DNA of 64,000 nt from Nemertoderma westbladi (GCA_032718475.1 JAUCBJ010006691.1:1-64000), one strand, 5' to 3'. Numbered from the stretch's first letter, positions 22,322 to 36,948 are shown. Notes: generated by a model from the letters alone, not told the origin. A program made the numbers and translations.

Positions 22322-22674
22322 TTCTCTGTGACGCGAAAGTGTGAAGCGAATTCGTTTTTCGAATTGGGTCGGAAGCTGCGGGAATTCTACTGTTCTACGG
22401 GAGTAAACCGCAGCGGTCCGGTGACTACGGACGGATATTACTGGGATAAGCAGGTATTTCGATCGAGTTTCTCGTATTCTCGATGCTCGAGGCGGATAGA
22501 GAGTTGGTTGTGTTGGACGGTGTTGTTCAATTCTATCAAACATATTAAATAATTGGTAAAATAATAAAAACACACCAGATAAAGATACTGAGCTTATGGT
22601 AAAGAGATAGGCCGAACTTACAATTTCCAAATAGATTGTTCATATAATAAATATATTTTTGGTATTTGATTTCA

Positions 22675-22935
22675 AGATAGGGGGGGGGGGGGGGGGGGGG
22701 GGCTGGACGCAATAAAAATTCATCCCTCTCCAGGGGAAATTGGACGCAAATAACAACAGCTGATTTCTCTCAAAAATAAAACTGTAACCTGTTCTATTGT
22801 GTTTACTTTATTGTTTTGGTTAAAATAACGTGCCACTGTAACCTGCTCCTTTCCCAAAATTGAGAAATTAATATTGAGGCGGGATATTAATTCGCCAAGA
22901 TGGGATTTGCGTCCAGTCCCACCCCCTCCTATCTC
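22675..22935. mobile_element. MITE (Mutator- or hAT-like), copy 1
   Basis: TIRs agatagg(g)n..ctggacgca / tgcgtccag..cctatctc; 9-bp TSD ttgatttca. Confidence 0.85.
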
Positions 22936-23570
22936 TTGATTTCACTAAAAAATAGAATACATTGCATTTTACTGTTATAATTACTGTATTGAATAAAATA
23001 TTTAATTGATTGTTTATTAAACCGTGCTAAGCACGTTGAACTGGAGCTCTAACAATTCCCCACTAGCGGCAGACAGGAACTGTAAAAGTCTCTGTAGAAT
23101 TTCTAATTAAGCAATGCTCTTAGGTAACTACTACTAAATTTCAGATGAATCTGATCGTTGGTTCTATAATTACAGCTATTTTTACGTTTCTGTTAATTCG
23201 CCCCCTAGCAGCAGACCGGGGAACTGTAGAAGTCTGTCTGTGTGTAGAATTTCTAAATTTTTTATAGACTACATGTGTACCAAGTTTGGTTCCATTTCAT
23301 CCATGATTGACCGACTTATTAGCGTTCAAACATTCCTGAGGCCTCATAGCCAGAGGCAGCCACAAACGAATAAAAGCTGCAGGAACTCGAGCGATAATTA
23401 ATTTATTAATTATTAAATACTGTTTCAATTAAATTCTTTACGAAAATCTAGTCATCTTCTTTTAAATATGGACCCTGCATTCATGGAAAATATAATATTT
23501 GATAATTCATCAGTCAGCCTACGCTAATTTCACAGCAAAGTCCTTGTCATGGCCTGTGTGTAGTAGGCCA

Positions 23571-24552
23571 TGGTACCACCCTACTACCGGTACCGGCTGA
23601 CCGCGTGACCGGTGGCAACTAACACTTCAGCACTTGCACAGCAACAGCACTACCGGCGATACACAGGTTGAAATTTATGTAGAGTTTGCTCAACAGTACA
23701 GATATAAAATAGTTATCTAAATTATATATATTACTATTGACAAGTATTGAAATATATACCGTTATTCGTGTTATCAGTATTTGCAACATCTGACATTGAA
23801 GAGGTGAGAGAAGATGAATACCGGCACTCAACAAAACCAACGCTTATCACATGTCGGTATGGTTACCTCGAAACCGGCGCGACTGTCCACTCGAATACAA
23901 CTTCAAAACACAAACGCCAATAATAAACTGAAAGCGAATCGAACGTCTTCAGAAGAATCTGTCATTGGGACGAAGAAAAGTAAGCCGAAACTACGGGAAT
24001 GGACGACAGCTAAGATTGAATGCTCCCATTGTCAGAGTTCCTGGACCGAACTTGAAACACCAATTGCCGATGGGCTTGATCTCTCAAACCAAAACTTCCT
24101 CTGCGGGGTTTGCGCGGCAGTAAAGATTGAAAGTCTGGAAGCTGGCATCCCTAGGTATTATTATTATAAAGAGCGTCAGCCTGCGTTTAATAAATATATT
24201 TTAATACAAAACAGGTCGAACGCAAAAAGGCTTATAATGAAGACGAGTACTGCATTGATTATATTCCTATAAACCACCTGGCTTTGCATATTGAACGTGC
24301 GTTTGGAAATAAGTTCGTGCTACCCTTCCGTGGGTGGTAGATGTCGCGGTTATGTATTGGTGGGTGGGGGAGGGGGGGGGGGGGGGTGCAGATTAAAGGG
24401 GGTGAACACGTGCTGTCCCCTTTCTTTGATTAATTGGTGGTGTGGGTTAATCTCTCATAACCTGATTATGTGATGCAGTCGCACAATTTTAATTTGTATC
24501 TCATAACTGGGCCTCGTGCTGCGCGAAGGCCCCACGAACGTGTCTTTCTTGT
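23571..24552 (+). repeat. ~1-kb dispersed repeat, copy 1 (non-autonomous, Helitron/Helentron-like 3' hairpin)
   Basis: Nearly identical to 33986-34937; ends gggcctcgtgctgcgcgaaggccc...cttgt. Confidence 0.7.
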
Positions 24553-25502
24553 GTGCCATTAAAACTGAACATTTGTTCCCTTCAAAATGGACATATGTTC
24601 CAATCAAAACCGACAATATGTTCTCATTTTTATTATGTTCCCATCAAAACGGACATTGTGCTCCCATGTCTTAAGCTCAGTACAACTGACCAGGTCACTC
24701 TTACCAAATTTCAGATGAAACTGAATGACTTTGTTCTATAATTATAGGTAGTGTACTTCTAGGTTACTTGCATTTCGTCCCTTAGCGGTCGACAGAGGAA
24801 TAATTGTATTTATAAACTTTTGATGGACTACATGACGTGTAGGCCTACCCAGTTTGGTTCCAAATTCATCAATGATTGGTCGCCGTATTAGGTTCACTAA
24901 GTACACCACTTCACAAAAAGGCCACCTAGACTTTGTGACCTGCCCCACATATTCCTCTCCACTAGTTCCGTATTCATTAACCTACATTTTAGTTCTGCAC
25001 TCCTCTGCACTATATTTCTATATTCCTCTGTAAGTGGGAATAAGTGTCAGGTAGTTTTCGTCTCGTAAAACTCTTTAAAAATAGTCACTGAATTAAATAA
25101 TTAAAATTTATTTTTTTACTATGCAAATTTTAAGTTCATGAATATTTAAATAGTATGAATTAATTGACAATAGTACAATATGATTTGATATATTTTGAAA
25201 ATTTGTAGAATTACGTTTTTTTTATGAGTAGAGTTTGGCACAATAATAACCATTAAATAAATGTTAATAATCTCCAATTCGTGAGTTTTACGAAGACTGA
25301 CGGTGTTGAGAAAAATAATAATAATTTAAGACATAAATAAATATAGTAAATAATAATTTATAATCTATACCTCAAGCTTTTATTTAACTCCAAATTAATT
25401 AGAAGCAAATAATTTCGGGTTATTGCAAACTAAATAAAAGTGTTCGAGATCGAAATATTGGTAAATTGATCAAAATAACAAATTTATTTATGCAAATAAA
25501 CC

Positions 25503-25743
25503 AGATAGGGGGGGAAACTGGACGCAATAAAAATTCATCCCTCTCCAGGGGAAATTGGACGCAAATAACACATGATTACTAGCAAAAATAAAACTGTAAC
25601 CTGTTCTATTGTGTTCAGTTTATTGTTTTGGTTAAAATAACGTGCCACTGTAACCTGCTCCTTTCCCTAAATTGAGAATTTAACATTGAGGCGGGATATT
25701 AATTCGCCAAGGCGGGTTTTGCGTCCAGTTTCCCCCCTGTCTC
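25503..25743. mobile_element. MITE, copy 2 of the 22675 family
   Basis: Same TIRs and interior; TSD aaataaac(c/a). Confidence 0.85.
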
Positions 25744-25879
25744 AAATAAACACACAGTGCAAATTGAATCCAATACATAAATATTCAAAACATAAGAATC
25801 ATTAAAAAGTAGTCAGATCAGGTTGAAATATTTGTGAAAAATTTACTGAATTTGGGAGAATCTCTTAGGCTCGTTATGC

Positions 25880-28800
25880 CAAGGAATGACTGTACACCAC
25901 CATATGTGATCATCCACAGTAAACCCTTCCACTCTGTTTCCTAAAGGAATGCCTGTTCACCACCATGGGTGATCTTCCACAGTAAACCCTTCCACTCTGT
26001 TTCCTAAAGGAATGCCTGTTCACCACCATGGATGATCTTCCACAGTAAACCCTTCCACTCTGTTTCCTAAAGGAATGCCTATTCACCACCATGGGCTATC
26101 TTCCGCTGTAAACCCTTCCACTCTGTTTCCCAAAGGAATGCCCGTTCACCACCATATGTGATCTTCCACAGTAAACCCTTCCACTCTGTTTCCTAAAGGA
26201 ATGCCTGTTCACCACCATATGTGATCATCCACAGTAAACCCTTCCACTCTGTTTCCTAAAGGAATGCCCGTTCACCACCATATGTGATCATCCACAGTAA
26301 ACCCTTCCACTCTGTTTCCTAAAGGAATGCATGTTCACCACCATGGGTGATCTTCCACAGTATACCCTTCCACTCTGTTTCCTAAAGGAATGCATGTTCA
26401 CCACCATGGGTGATCTTCCACAGTAAACCCTTCCACTCTGTTTCCTAAAGGAATGACTGTTCACCACCATGGGTGATCTTCCACAGTAAACCATTCCACT
26501 CTGTTTCCTAAATGAATGCCTGTTCACCACCATGGGTGATCTTCCACAGTAAACCCTTCCACTCTGTTTCCTAAAGGAATTCCTGTTCACCACCATGGGT
26601 GATCTTTCACAGTAAACCCTTCCCCTCTGTATCCTAAAGGAATGCCTGTTCACCACCATGGGTGATCTTCCACAGTAAACCCTTCCACTCTGTTTCCTAA
26701 AGGAATGCATGTTCACCACCATGGGTGATCTTCCACAGTAAACCCTTCCACTCTTTTTCCTAAAGGAATGCCTGTTCACCACCATGGGTGATCTTCCACA
26801 GTAAACCTTTCCACTCTGTTTGCTAAATGAATGCCTGTTCACCACCATGGGTGATCTTATACAGTAACCCTTCCACTCTCTTTCCTAAAGGAATTCCTGT
26901 TAACCACCATGGGTGATCTTCCACAGTAAACCCTTCCACTCTGTTTCCTAAAGGAATGCCTGTTCAACACCATGGGTAATCTATCACAGTAAACCCTTCC
27001 ACTCTGTTTCCTAAATGAATGCCTGTTCACCACCATGGGTGATCTTATACAGTAACCCTTTAACTCTGTTTCCTAAAGGAATTCCTGTTAACCACCATGG
27101 GTGATCTTCCACAGTAAACCCTTCCACTCTGTTTCCTAAAGGAATGCCTGTTCAACACCATGGGTAATCTATCACAGTAAACCCTTCCACTCTGTTTCCT
27201 AAAGGAATGCCTGTTCAACACCATGGGTAATCTATCACAGTAAACCCTTCCACTCTGTTTCCTAAAGGAATGCCTGTTCAACACCATGGGTGATCTACCA
27301 CAGTAAACCTTTCCACTCTGTTTGCTAAATGAATGCCTGTTCACCACCATGGGTGATCTTATACAGTAACCCTTCCACTCTCTTTCCTAAAGGAATTCCT
27401 GTTAACCACCATGGGTGATCTTCCACAGTAAACCCTTCCACTCTGTTTCCTAAAGGAATGCCTGTTCAACACCATGGGTAATCTATCACAGTAAACCCTT
27501 CCACTCTGTTTCCTAAATGAATGCCTGTTCACCACCATGGGTGATCTTATACAGTAACCCTTTAACTCTGTTTCCTAAAGGAATTCCTGTTCACCACCAT
27601 GGGTGATCTTCCACAGTAAACACTTCCACTCTGTTTCCTAAATGAATGCCTGTTCACCACCATGGGTGATCTTATACAGTAACCCTCCCATTCTGTTTCC
27701 TAAAGGAATTCCTGTTCACCACCATAGATGATCTTCCACAATAAACCCTTCCACTCTTTTTCCTAAAGGAATGCCTGTTCACCACCAAGGGTGATCTTAC
27801 ACAGTAAACCCATCCACTCTGTTTCCTAAATGAATGCCTGTTCACCACCATGGGTGATCTTATACAGTAACCCTCCCATTCTGTTTCCTAAATGAATGCC
27901 TGTTCACCACCATGGGTGATCTTCCACAGTAAACCCTTCCACTCTGTCTCCTAAATGAATGCCTGTTCACCACCATGGGTGATCTTATACAGTAACCCTC
28001 CCATTCTGTTTCCTAAAGGAATTCCTGGTCACCACCATATGTGATCTTCCACAATAAACCCTTCCACTCTGTTTCCTAAAGGAATTCCTGTTCACCACCA
28101 TGGGTGATCTTCCACAGTAAAACCTTCCACTCTGTTTCCTAAAGGAATGCCTGTTCACCACCAAGGGTGATGATCTTACACAGTAAACCCTTCCACTCTG
28201 TTTCCTAAAGGAATTCCTGTTCACCACCATGGGTGATCTTCCTCAGTAAACCCTTCCACTCTATTTCCTAAATGAATGCCTGTTCACCACCATGGGTGAT
28301 CTTCCACAGTAAACCCTTCCACTCCGTTTTCTAAAGGAATGTCTGTTCACCACCATGGGTGATCTTTCACAGTAAACCCTACCACTTTGTTTCCTAAAGG
28401 AATGCCTGTTCACCGCCATGCTGGGTGATCTCCCACAGTAAACCCTTCCACTCTGTTTCCTAAATGAATGCCTGTTCACCACCATGGGTGATCTTCCACA
28501 GTAAACCCTTCCACTCCGTTTTCTAAAGGAATGTCTGTTCACCACCATGGGTGATCTTTCACAGTAAACCCTACCACTTTGTTTCCTAAAGGAATGCCTG
28601 TTCACCGCCATGCTGGGTGATCTTCCACAGTAAACCCTTCCACTCTGTTTCCTAAAGGAATTCCTGTTCACCACCATGGGTGATCTTCCACAGTAAACCC
28701 TTCCACTCTGTTTCCTAAAGAAATGCCTGTTCACCACCATGGGTCTTTCACAGTAAACCCTTCCACTTTGTTTCCTAAAGGAATGCCTGTTCACCACCAT

Positions 28801-29030
28801 GGCGGGTGATCTTCCACAGTAAACCCTTCCACTCTGTTTCCTAAAGGAATTCCTGTTCACCACCATGGGCGATCTTCCACAGTAAACCCTTCCACTCTGT
28901 TTCCTAAAGAAATGCCTGTTCACCACCATGGGTCTTTCACAGTAAACCCTTCCACTCTGTTTCCTAAAGGAATGCCTGTTCACCACCATGGCGGGTGATC
29001 TTCCACAGTAAGCCCTTCCACTCTTTTTCC
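25880..29030. repeat. 63-bp minisatellite, ~50 units
   Basis: Unit ccatgggtgatcttccacagtaaacccttccactctgtttcctaaaggaatgcctgttcacca. Confidence 0.97.
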
Positions 29031-29282
29031 CCAAGTTGAATTTAATACCGAAATTAAAACTATATATAAAAAACAATATAGAATACAACATCATTCTGAA
29101 TTATTTTTTTCTGCCCACTTTTTATTCTTAGAGAACAATAAATGGGTCTAATAACCAAACTACATAAATAAAGATATTAATAGAGTCGCAATGACTGCAC
29201 CATTCACTGTTCCTGAAATATTACCGGTACTATTAATTACTAGTCAGTGTAGTAATTCTAAAATACCAGTTCCGTATCAACC

Positions 29283-29414
29283 CTATTGGTGGTGCACGAG
29301 AGTTTGGGTATTTACCTTCCAGCCAATCAGCTGCCGATCAAACCCGCAACTAAATAGATTCGCATTGGATGTATCAGCTGCCCAGGTAACAGCGTTAACC
29401 ATTCGTACATGTCC
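29283..29414 (-). CDS. WDR37: WD repeat protein 37, last coding exon
   Basis: tttcag acceptor, then GHVRMVNAVTWAADTSNANLFSCGFDRQLIGWKVNTQTLVHHQ*, matching the WDR37 C-terminus (GHRRMV..NLFTCGFDRQAIGW). Candidate AATAAA at 29121-29126 (- strand). Confidence 0.92.
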   Translation of the reverse strand, partial: GHVRMVNAVTWAADTSNANLFSCGFDRQLIGWKVNTQTLVHHQ

Positions 29415-30252
29415 CTGAAATAATAACAAATCTTATCTTCACTTTCAATAAAAACACAATAAAATTATTATACAGCACATAACAGGAAATGTGTAGTTAA
29501 CATGTATATTTAGATGGTAACCATATATCAAAATTGTAACATTCCGAAACGACGTAATGAACTTTTAAAAACTGCATAAATAAAACTTGAATAATAAAGT
29601 TTATAAATTATGGATAAATTGTAATTAAACTTTAGAAGAAAATGTTGTTGTTAATTATTATAACAAATTTCATAAAAACATTCCAAAGTTAGATCAATTT
29701 AACTTCCGTTTACGGTACGTCTGCTAGTTGGTATTATAAATTCAGTAATCCTGAATAACAGGATTTATTTGTGGTTCTCCAGTCTATATAAAATCTCCAT
29801 TGACTAAAAGTTGGAAAAGTAGAAAAACTTGGAAAAAAGTTCAAAAAACTTTAAGAAACTCGCACATATATCAGCCGCACGGAAACGGGCGCATAGTGAT
29901 GTTAACATTTTGGAATAAAACATATTTTTGTATGGCAATCTTCAGACCGGCTACGTCAGAGCTCAGTTTGTCAGGAATTTCCCTGACATTTATATTAAAC
30001 CATTCAAAAACATTATCTAACTGTATTTCAGTGACTGCATGGACCCTAAAATTTTTCAACAAAATTTTCACATGCAATTAATGGAATTATCCAAATTCAC
30101 CGAAATGCTTATTTTAGAGTTTTTTGTGATGACCATAATACTCCCTAATTAAATCAGCCATGTGAACATAACCCTGGAAAAAAAAGAATCCTAATCAGTT
30201 AAACCTAACCACAATACTACTAAACCAATTAATCACCCCATAACTGACTAAC

Positions 30253-30502
30253 CTTAGTGTTAGTGCGAGGTAATCTAGCCAATCGCGCCCCATTAATATC
30301 ATAGATACGTATATTCCTGTTGTCCAATGGGAGAGCGATAATGTTGGTCCCGGGCTGGACAGCGAGACGGTTGACAGGACTGTCTGTACGGATGACCACC
30401 ATGGGGGAGCGCATGTTCTTCATGTCCCAGATCTTACAGGTCTGATCATCCGACCCTGATATGATCTTATCATCGGATGCAAATATTGCAGTAGTTAACG
30501 GT
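30253..30502 (-). CDS. WDR37: WD repeat protein 37, penultimate coding exon
   Basis: AG/GT bounded. PLTTAIFASDDKIISGSDDQTCKIWDMKNMRSPMVVIRTDSPVNRLAV..IIALPLDNRNIRIYDINGARLARLPRTNTK joins the next exon in frame. Confidence 0.92.
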
Positions 30503-32339
30503 CTGAAATAGTATAATATTGTTGTCTTAAATGGTTCGAAATGATACAGTGGTCGACCTGGTGTAAAATATTTCAGTAATAAATAAAATTATATATATAT
30601 ATATATATTGCAGTCGTCTATGTCAGGTCAGGTATTCTGGGTCATTGATTCAGAAAACTTGCCACATCCTTGCAGCATAAAGGAGGTGCCACCTGTGCTG
30701 CATAGACCCTCATACTATGGGCAAAATCTGGTCCTGTAATTAGAACCTCTTTCGTTCTGTGATAGGAATGCCCTTGGTCCTGGGTTTATTCATTCATTTC
30801 ATTCATTTCAACATAGAAACCAGGCAGGCTGGCACTTTTAATCATAATTATTTGAATAATATAAAACCCATATTCACATTTATGGCACAAATAAAAACTG
30901 AACAACATGGTGGCACGAAGAGTATATACAGGATCGATTTCACCATTAATTATTAGTAAGTTCTAATACGACACAGTTAAACTATATATACATAGGCTTT
31001 TTCATATTAAAATGGTCGAACCAAGAAACAATTTCACCAATAGTTAGTAGTGGGTTCTGTTTATAGTAAAATATAAGGGCAATTATCTAAACCACTCATA
31101 TAAGTTTGTAATTATATTATTCACGTAGCAATAATGGCGACACAAATCAGGGCCATGAATAAAATATGGTGAGACAGGCATTATTGTCTACAAGTGAAGG
31201 ACGCGCCATGTCCCAGGTGATCCATTTAAGGTGGTCTTAACACGTTGTGGGGTCTTCGAGCAGCACGTGCTCAAATGTTCAATGACTGAGCAGCGACTAA
31301 TTAACAAATTTATGAGAGATTCATTGACTAGCTACAGACAGATCAATATTGTAACATAGTTTAATGTTTGATTCAATTAGAGGCACAAATTAAAAAGGCT
31401 ACAAATATATAGGGTTGAATAATTAAATTAATCACCCATTAAATGGTAGCCAAATATAAGTTGCAATCTATATAAATTTTTAAATTCAGTAGTGTGCGTG
31501 TGTTGTGTATTGATTCCGTAGATTTCATGTTGAAATAGCGTTTAATTCAATTTCTATTTAATTATTCAGGCATACTAATACACACATTAAATTAGTTCAT
31601 GTGTGTTAAGTGTGTAAGATTTTATTGTTTCGTCACGAAACCATTAGGGCACAGAAACTGACGGAATCTTCGCGAATTTCGCAAACGTCGCAAACTTCGG
31701 GTATTTTTTTCTACAATTTTGACTCCTTAAGCAAAAGAGTCCCGAATGAGTGTTTTAACCTTTATTTTTTTGTGATTTTGAGTGCTTTTTTATATTAGTG
31801 AATGTTCTAGAACCTTAGTAGATTTTTTATGGTATATAGCTAGTATTTTTTACTAGCTAGTAATTTTTGGAAATTATTTTGGTCATTAATATTTTAACCT
31901 GAAATATCATGGACTTTCACATTTTTATAATTTCAAAAAATACTAGCTAGCAAAAAAACACTAGCTATCATAAAAAACATATCTACTAATGTTGTAAAAC
32001 TTTCACCAATACCAAAAAAATTAAAAAACTCTAAAAAAGGATTGGTGAAAAATGGCTGGGGTGTCGACAGGGCGAAGTAGGGACCGTGTTGCTTAACCCC
32101 TTAGACCCTATGACGTCCACTGAACGTCACAATGGACAGCACGAAGACGTGCAGTGGCCGTCATGCTGGAATACATGTTTTATTGGAAGGCTCTTGGAGT
32201 AGGTATACTGGTGGATAGTATTAATGACATTTATTGCTCTTCATGGCATAAAATCCATTCTGTACTGTAAATAGGCTGTATTGTAGACTGTATTATTATT
32301 AGTGTTAGGTATATGGCGTAATGCCAACCACAGTACAGT

Positions 32340-33087
32340 AGTTCAGACTGACAGGGAGACCGATAGACAGACAGACTAGATTTATGTAAACGTGTAAACT
32401 GACATCAAAAATGAAATCAGTGTATGCTATACCGGAATAATAGGAAGTCGTTTCCTTGTCCCCAGCTTACATTAATGGTTGATGCACCAGTACTGCCTGG
32501 TAGAAGGGGATAATTGGTGTTTCAAAACAGCTGATGAGTAGGTAACAATACAGATTGGGTTTGGAATTTCCTATAATAGGAGTTAGATGAATTGAATGTA
32601 TTTCATGGAACCGAATACAATCAGCAACCCTTAAAACCCCCATAGCGAGAATGTTGGTTAGTTAGTATACTTTCTTAAGTTTTCACAGACTGACTGACAG
32701 AAAGACCGACAGCCAGACAGACTAGATTTTTTTAAACGTGAAAACTGACATCTGAAATAAAATTAGCACCCATTAAAACCCCCATAACGAGAATGTTAGT
32801 TAGTTTGTATTCTTTTTTAAGTTTTGACAGACTACTGACTGACAGAAAGACCGACAAACAGACAGACTAGATTTATGTAAACCTGAAAACTGACATCAGA
32901 AATGAAATCAGCACCCCTAAAACCCCCATAGCGAGAATGTTAGTTAATTTGAATTCTCTTTTATGTTTTGACAGACTGACTGACAGAAAGACCGACAGAC
33001 AGACAGACTAGATTTATGTAAACGTGAAAACTGACATCAGAAATGTAATCAACACTCTTTAAAACCCCCATAGCGAGAATGTTAGCG
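32340..33087. repeat. Degenerate ~120-bp tandem units with (GACA)n tracts
   Basis: Recurrent gacagacagactagatttatgtaaacgtgaaaactgacatc...aaaacccccatagcgagaatgtt. Confidence 0.75.
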
Positions 33088-33985
33088 ACAAGTTTTAATT
33101 ATTAACCATATTTCGTAAGATATATTTTAAAACATTTATTTATTAATAATGCAATAACTGAATAACCAGATAACGGAAAGACAAAGCGAATTGAAACTTT
33201 TAATTACTAATAATAATTGTGGTGAGAGGTGATGGAAATCAAGCATATATGTTATGTTATGGAACACGCGTTGGTAGGCACAGGCAAATGAACTGATGTC
33301 TGTTGAGATGTATTGAAGGAGCACTATTCCTTCTACTGGACTACTATGTGGGGCGAGCCACGAAGTGAGTGAGCCTTAGCGTAGGGGTACCATTAATCAA
33401 CCTGTCGTTCTGTCGCGTTTTTTTTCAGTATTTTATTTTAAACGTTAATAACTCGGCCAATCCTTGATGAAATCTATCCAAACTTGGTACACATGTTGTT
33501 TGGCAAAAGTTTGAAAATTTTCCACGTAGAATTTGCGTGGGGCCTTCGTGCAGCATCAGTGTAACTGTTATTGCAGTTATAATAAATTTATTTATCCAAA
33601 TTTAAAATGCGTTAAATTATTATTACTGTAGGATAAATCAGCTGGGTTTCTGACAAATTTTGCAATACATTGGGGCTGTCTGCCAATCTGCATGTACCAT
33701 GTGTACCGGTAGTGTCAGGCTGTACTCAATCCCTGAATCGAGAATCCTGCAATCAGTCAATACTGCAATACTGGTCAGCCGGTACCATACACTGCAGACA
33801 TGCCATATCATGTAATCTAATTAAACATGGCCCGGGCAATCCTTGCGGTGATTATAGTTTAGGCCTAATTAGCCCAGTCCCGCACCGGTAATAATAATAT
33901 AATAGTTTAGATAGTTACCGCTAATCATTCAGTCATTGGCACGGTACACCGTATTGCTGTACTGCCGTTGTAGTGCGCACCGTAG

Positions 33986-34937
33986 GTACCACCCTACTAC
34001 GGGTACCGGCTGACCGGTGGCAACTAGCACTTCAGCACTTGCACAGCAACAGCACTACCGGCGATACACCTGTTGGAATTTATGTAGAGTTTGCTCAACA
34101 GTACAGATATAAAATAGTTATCTAAATTATATATATTACTATTGACAAGTATTGAAATATATACCGTTATTCGTGTTATCAGTATTTGCAACATCTGACA
34201 TTGAAGAGGTGAGAGAAGATGAATACCGGCACTCAACAAAACCAACGCTTATCACAGGTCGGTATGGTTACCTCGAAACCGACGCGACTGTCCACTCGAA
34301 TACAACTTCAAAACACAAACGCCAACAATAAACTGAAAGCGAATCGAACGTCTTCAGAAGAATCTGTCATTGGGACGAAGAAAAGGAAGCCGAAACCACG
34401 GGAATGGACCACAGCTAAGATTGAATGCTCCCATTGTCAGAGTTCCTGGACCGAAATTGAAACACCAATTGCCGATGGGCTTGATCTCTCAAACCAAAAC
34501 TTCCTCTGCGGGGTTTGCGCGGCAGTAAAGATTGAAAGTCTGGAAGCTGGCATCCCTAGGTATTATTATTATAAAGAGCGTCAGCCTGCGTTTAATAAAT
34601 ACATTTTAATACAAAACAGGTCGAACGCAAAGAGGCTTATAATGAAGACGAGTACTGCATTGATTATATTCCTATAAACCACCTGGCTTTGCATATTGAA
34701 CGTGCGTTTGGAAATAAGTTCGTGCTACCCTTCCGTGGGTGGTAGATGTCGCGGTTATGTATTGGTGGGTGGGGGGGGGGGGGGGGGGGGGGTGCAGATT
34801 AAAAGGGGTGAACACGTACTGTCCCCCTTTCTTTGATTAATTGGTGGTGTGGGTTAATCTCTCATAACCTGATTTTGTGATACAGTCGCACAATTTTTAT
34901 TTGTATCTCATAACTGGGCCTCGTGGTGCGCGAAGGC
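33986..34937 (+). repeat. ~1-kb dispersed repeat, copy 2
   Basis: Match to 23571-24552, including the 152-aa ORF and terminal hairpin. Confidence 0.75.
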
Positions 34938-36948
34938 CCCACGAACGTGTCCTTGTGTACTAGCCTAGGCACTGGCTTGGTCAAAGACTTTAGCTTGCAA
35001 TGTTTCTAATGTAAAACTTCAAGAAATATTATTGGGCACGGCTGCCCTTGCCATGCCTTAGGCTCTATGGGGGAGAATGGAATCAGGGTATGAATTTACA
35101 ATGTTAATTATGTTTAAATCAATTAAAAATACATTTATTAACGCAAATCACTTGAAAAAATAAAAAACTATAATGGAATGGGGTACATGGATTCCAGATA
35201 TCTAATTTCTGTGCAAAATAACTTTAATCGTATGGTGCTAAACAATTAATTTCCATGGAGAGACCGTTCAAAATGACTCAACCATACAATTTAGCTGAAG
35301 ATATTAACTTCGATTATGGCTTCCGACATTTATGGCTACCGACACACACACACACACACCTATACGGGTTAACTATGGATTCTGTGGACAAGCTCACAAC
35401 CAAGGGATCTGTGGACGTACTTCTTCATTAAATATCTAGAGAACTATCCAATGAAAATCCTTCAAATTTTCAAATTAGCTTCCTAATGAGTAATGGGAAA
35501 TGTTTGCTTTTCAAAATTTAAAATTTTTCCAATATTTCAAAAATCATTTTTTTACATTCACTGTGCGGACATTGCTTTTGGTGACGTCATAGTTATGTGT
35601 GTTGTGCCTGAGTGTGTTTAGTGATGTCCACAAACCCCAACTGGGGACAAGACACATACGAAAATTAATGTCCACAGTCCACAACTAGTGTAACACATAC
35701 AGTATATGGGAAAAGAAACTGAAATGCTTTGTTTTTATGCAACTTCATGGATATGATTCTAGTAATTGGACTACTTGGTCGGGTCAGTCCATAGAGATAA
35801 TGTTCTTTTATTGTTTTTATACACTCGTGAATAATTATTGTAAAAGTTAATATTTCCCTATTAGTTACCTAAGGACTACTTGTGGTACAAGTTTCCTTAG
35901 TTTACTCAGTTACTATAACAATGGGTTATCATTTAGTCGATAGCGATAGCGCTGAACAATCCCGCCTGTAAAGCAATGCATACAAGTTAGCATGTAGCAA
36001 TTTGTTTTGAAAATACTTGCAGTCTCAAGAAATATACCGTAATACTGCCATCACTGCTCAAAATATTCTTTTTTTCTGCGGGAAGACTAATTAATTGTAG
36101 GTTGTATAGAAATACAAATAGAGTGGCGCACAACAATTAATGATATAACTCTTATCATTCAATTATATTAATTATGAATTTTATGCTTTAAAATTATTTG
36201 GACCCTTCTACAGTACGTATTGTAAGAGCAATAGACGCTAAGAATATGTCTTATATAATAAATTAACGAGAACACACCGTTCTAAATACTGTCCATTGCG
36301 CACATCTGGGGACATTAGTTTTTGTATTGTTTTTCTGCAGGCCATACGGTATGTAGTTGCAATGGACATTAAGAAATTTTTTTATATATTGACGAAAACA
36401 CACCGTTCTAAATACTGTCCCTTGCGCATATCTGGGGACATTAGTTTTTTTAGTGCTGGGAGTATTATAATAGGCCCTACGTATAGTTGCAATGAATGTT
36501 AAGAATATTTAATATATTTAGCAAAAACATACCATTGAAAATACTGTCCTTTACGCACATCTGGGGACATTGGTTTTTCTATAGGTGAGATAGGCTCTAC
36601 GTGAACCATGTCCTGGAATATAGTGTCGTCATACAGGCACCTGACCCCCCCCCCCCCCCCAGGGTTTTTTCTAAATATGTTAGGGAAATTTATAAATGAA
36701 AATAGCGATTTATAAATTTTTATACTTGTTTAGAAATTGGTCACATAGAGACTAACCAATTCGCGCGGGAAGGTTTTAAACTTTACATGCATTTAAATCA
36801 TTTTTCCTTCACTCAAAACCTATCTACACCGTCATTTTTTAATGAATTCGTTTGAAATTTTCAGTGAATGGTCTTGACATATTCACATATTGGCCATTGA
36901 TCAGAAGACTAATGTTAACTAAAAAAATGAAAAAATATTAACTAAATG

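Noticed and set aside
25910-29094. Repetitive ORFs (MVVNRHSFRKQSGRVYCGRSP)n
   Set aside because: By-product of a 63-bp unit (multiple of 3); frames are broken by indels and stops
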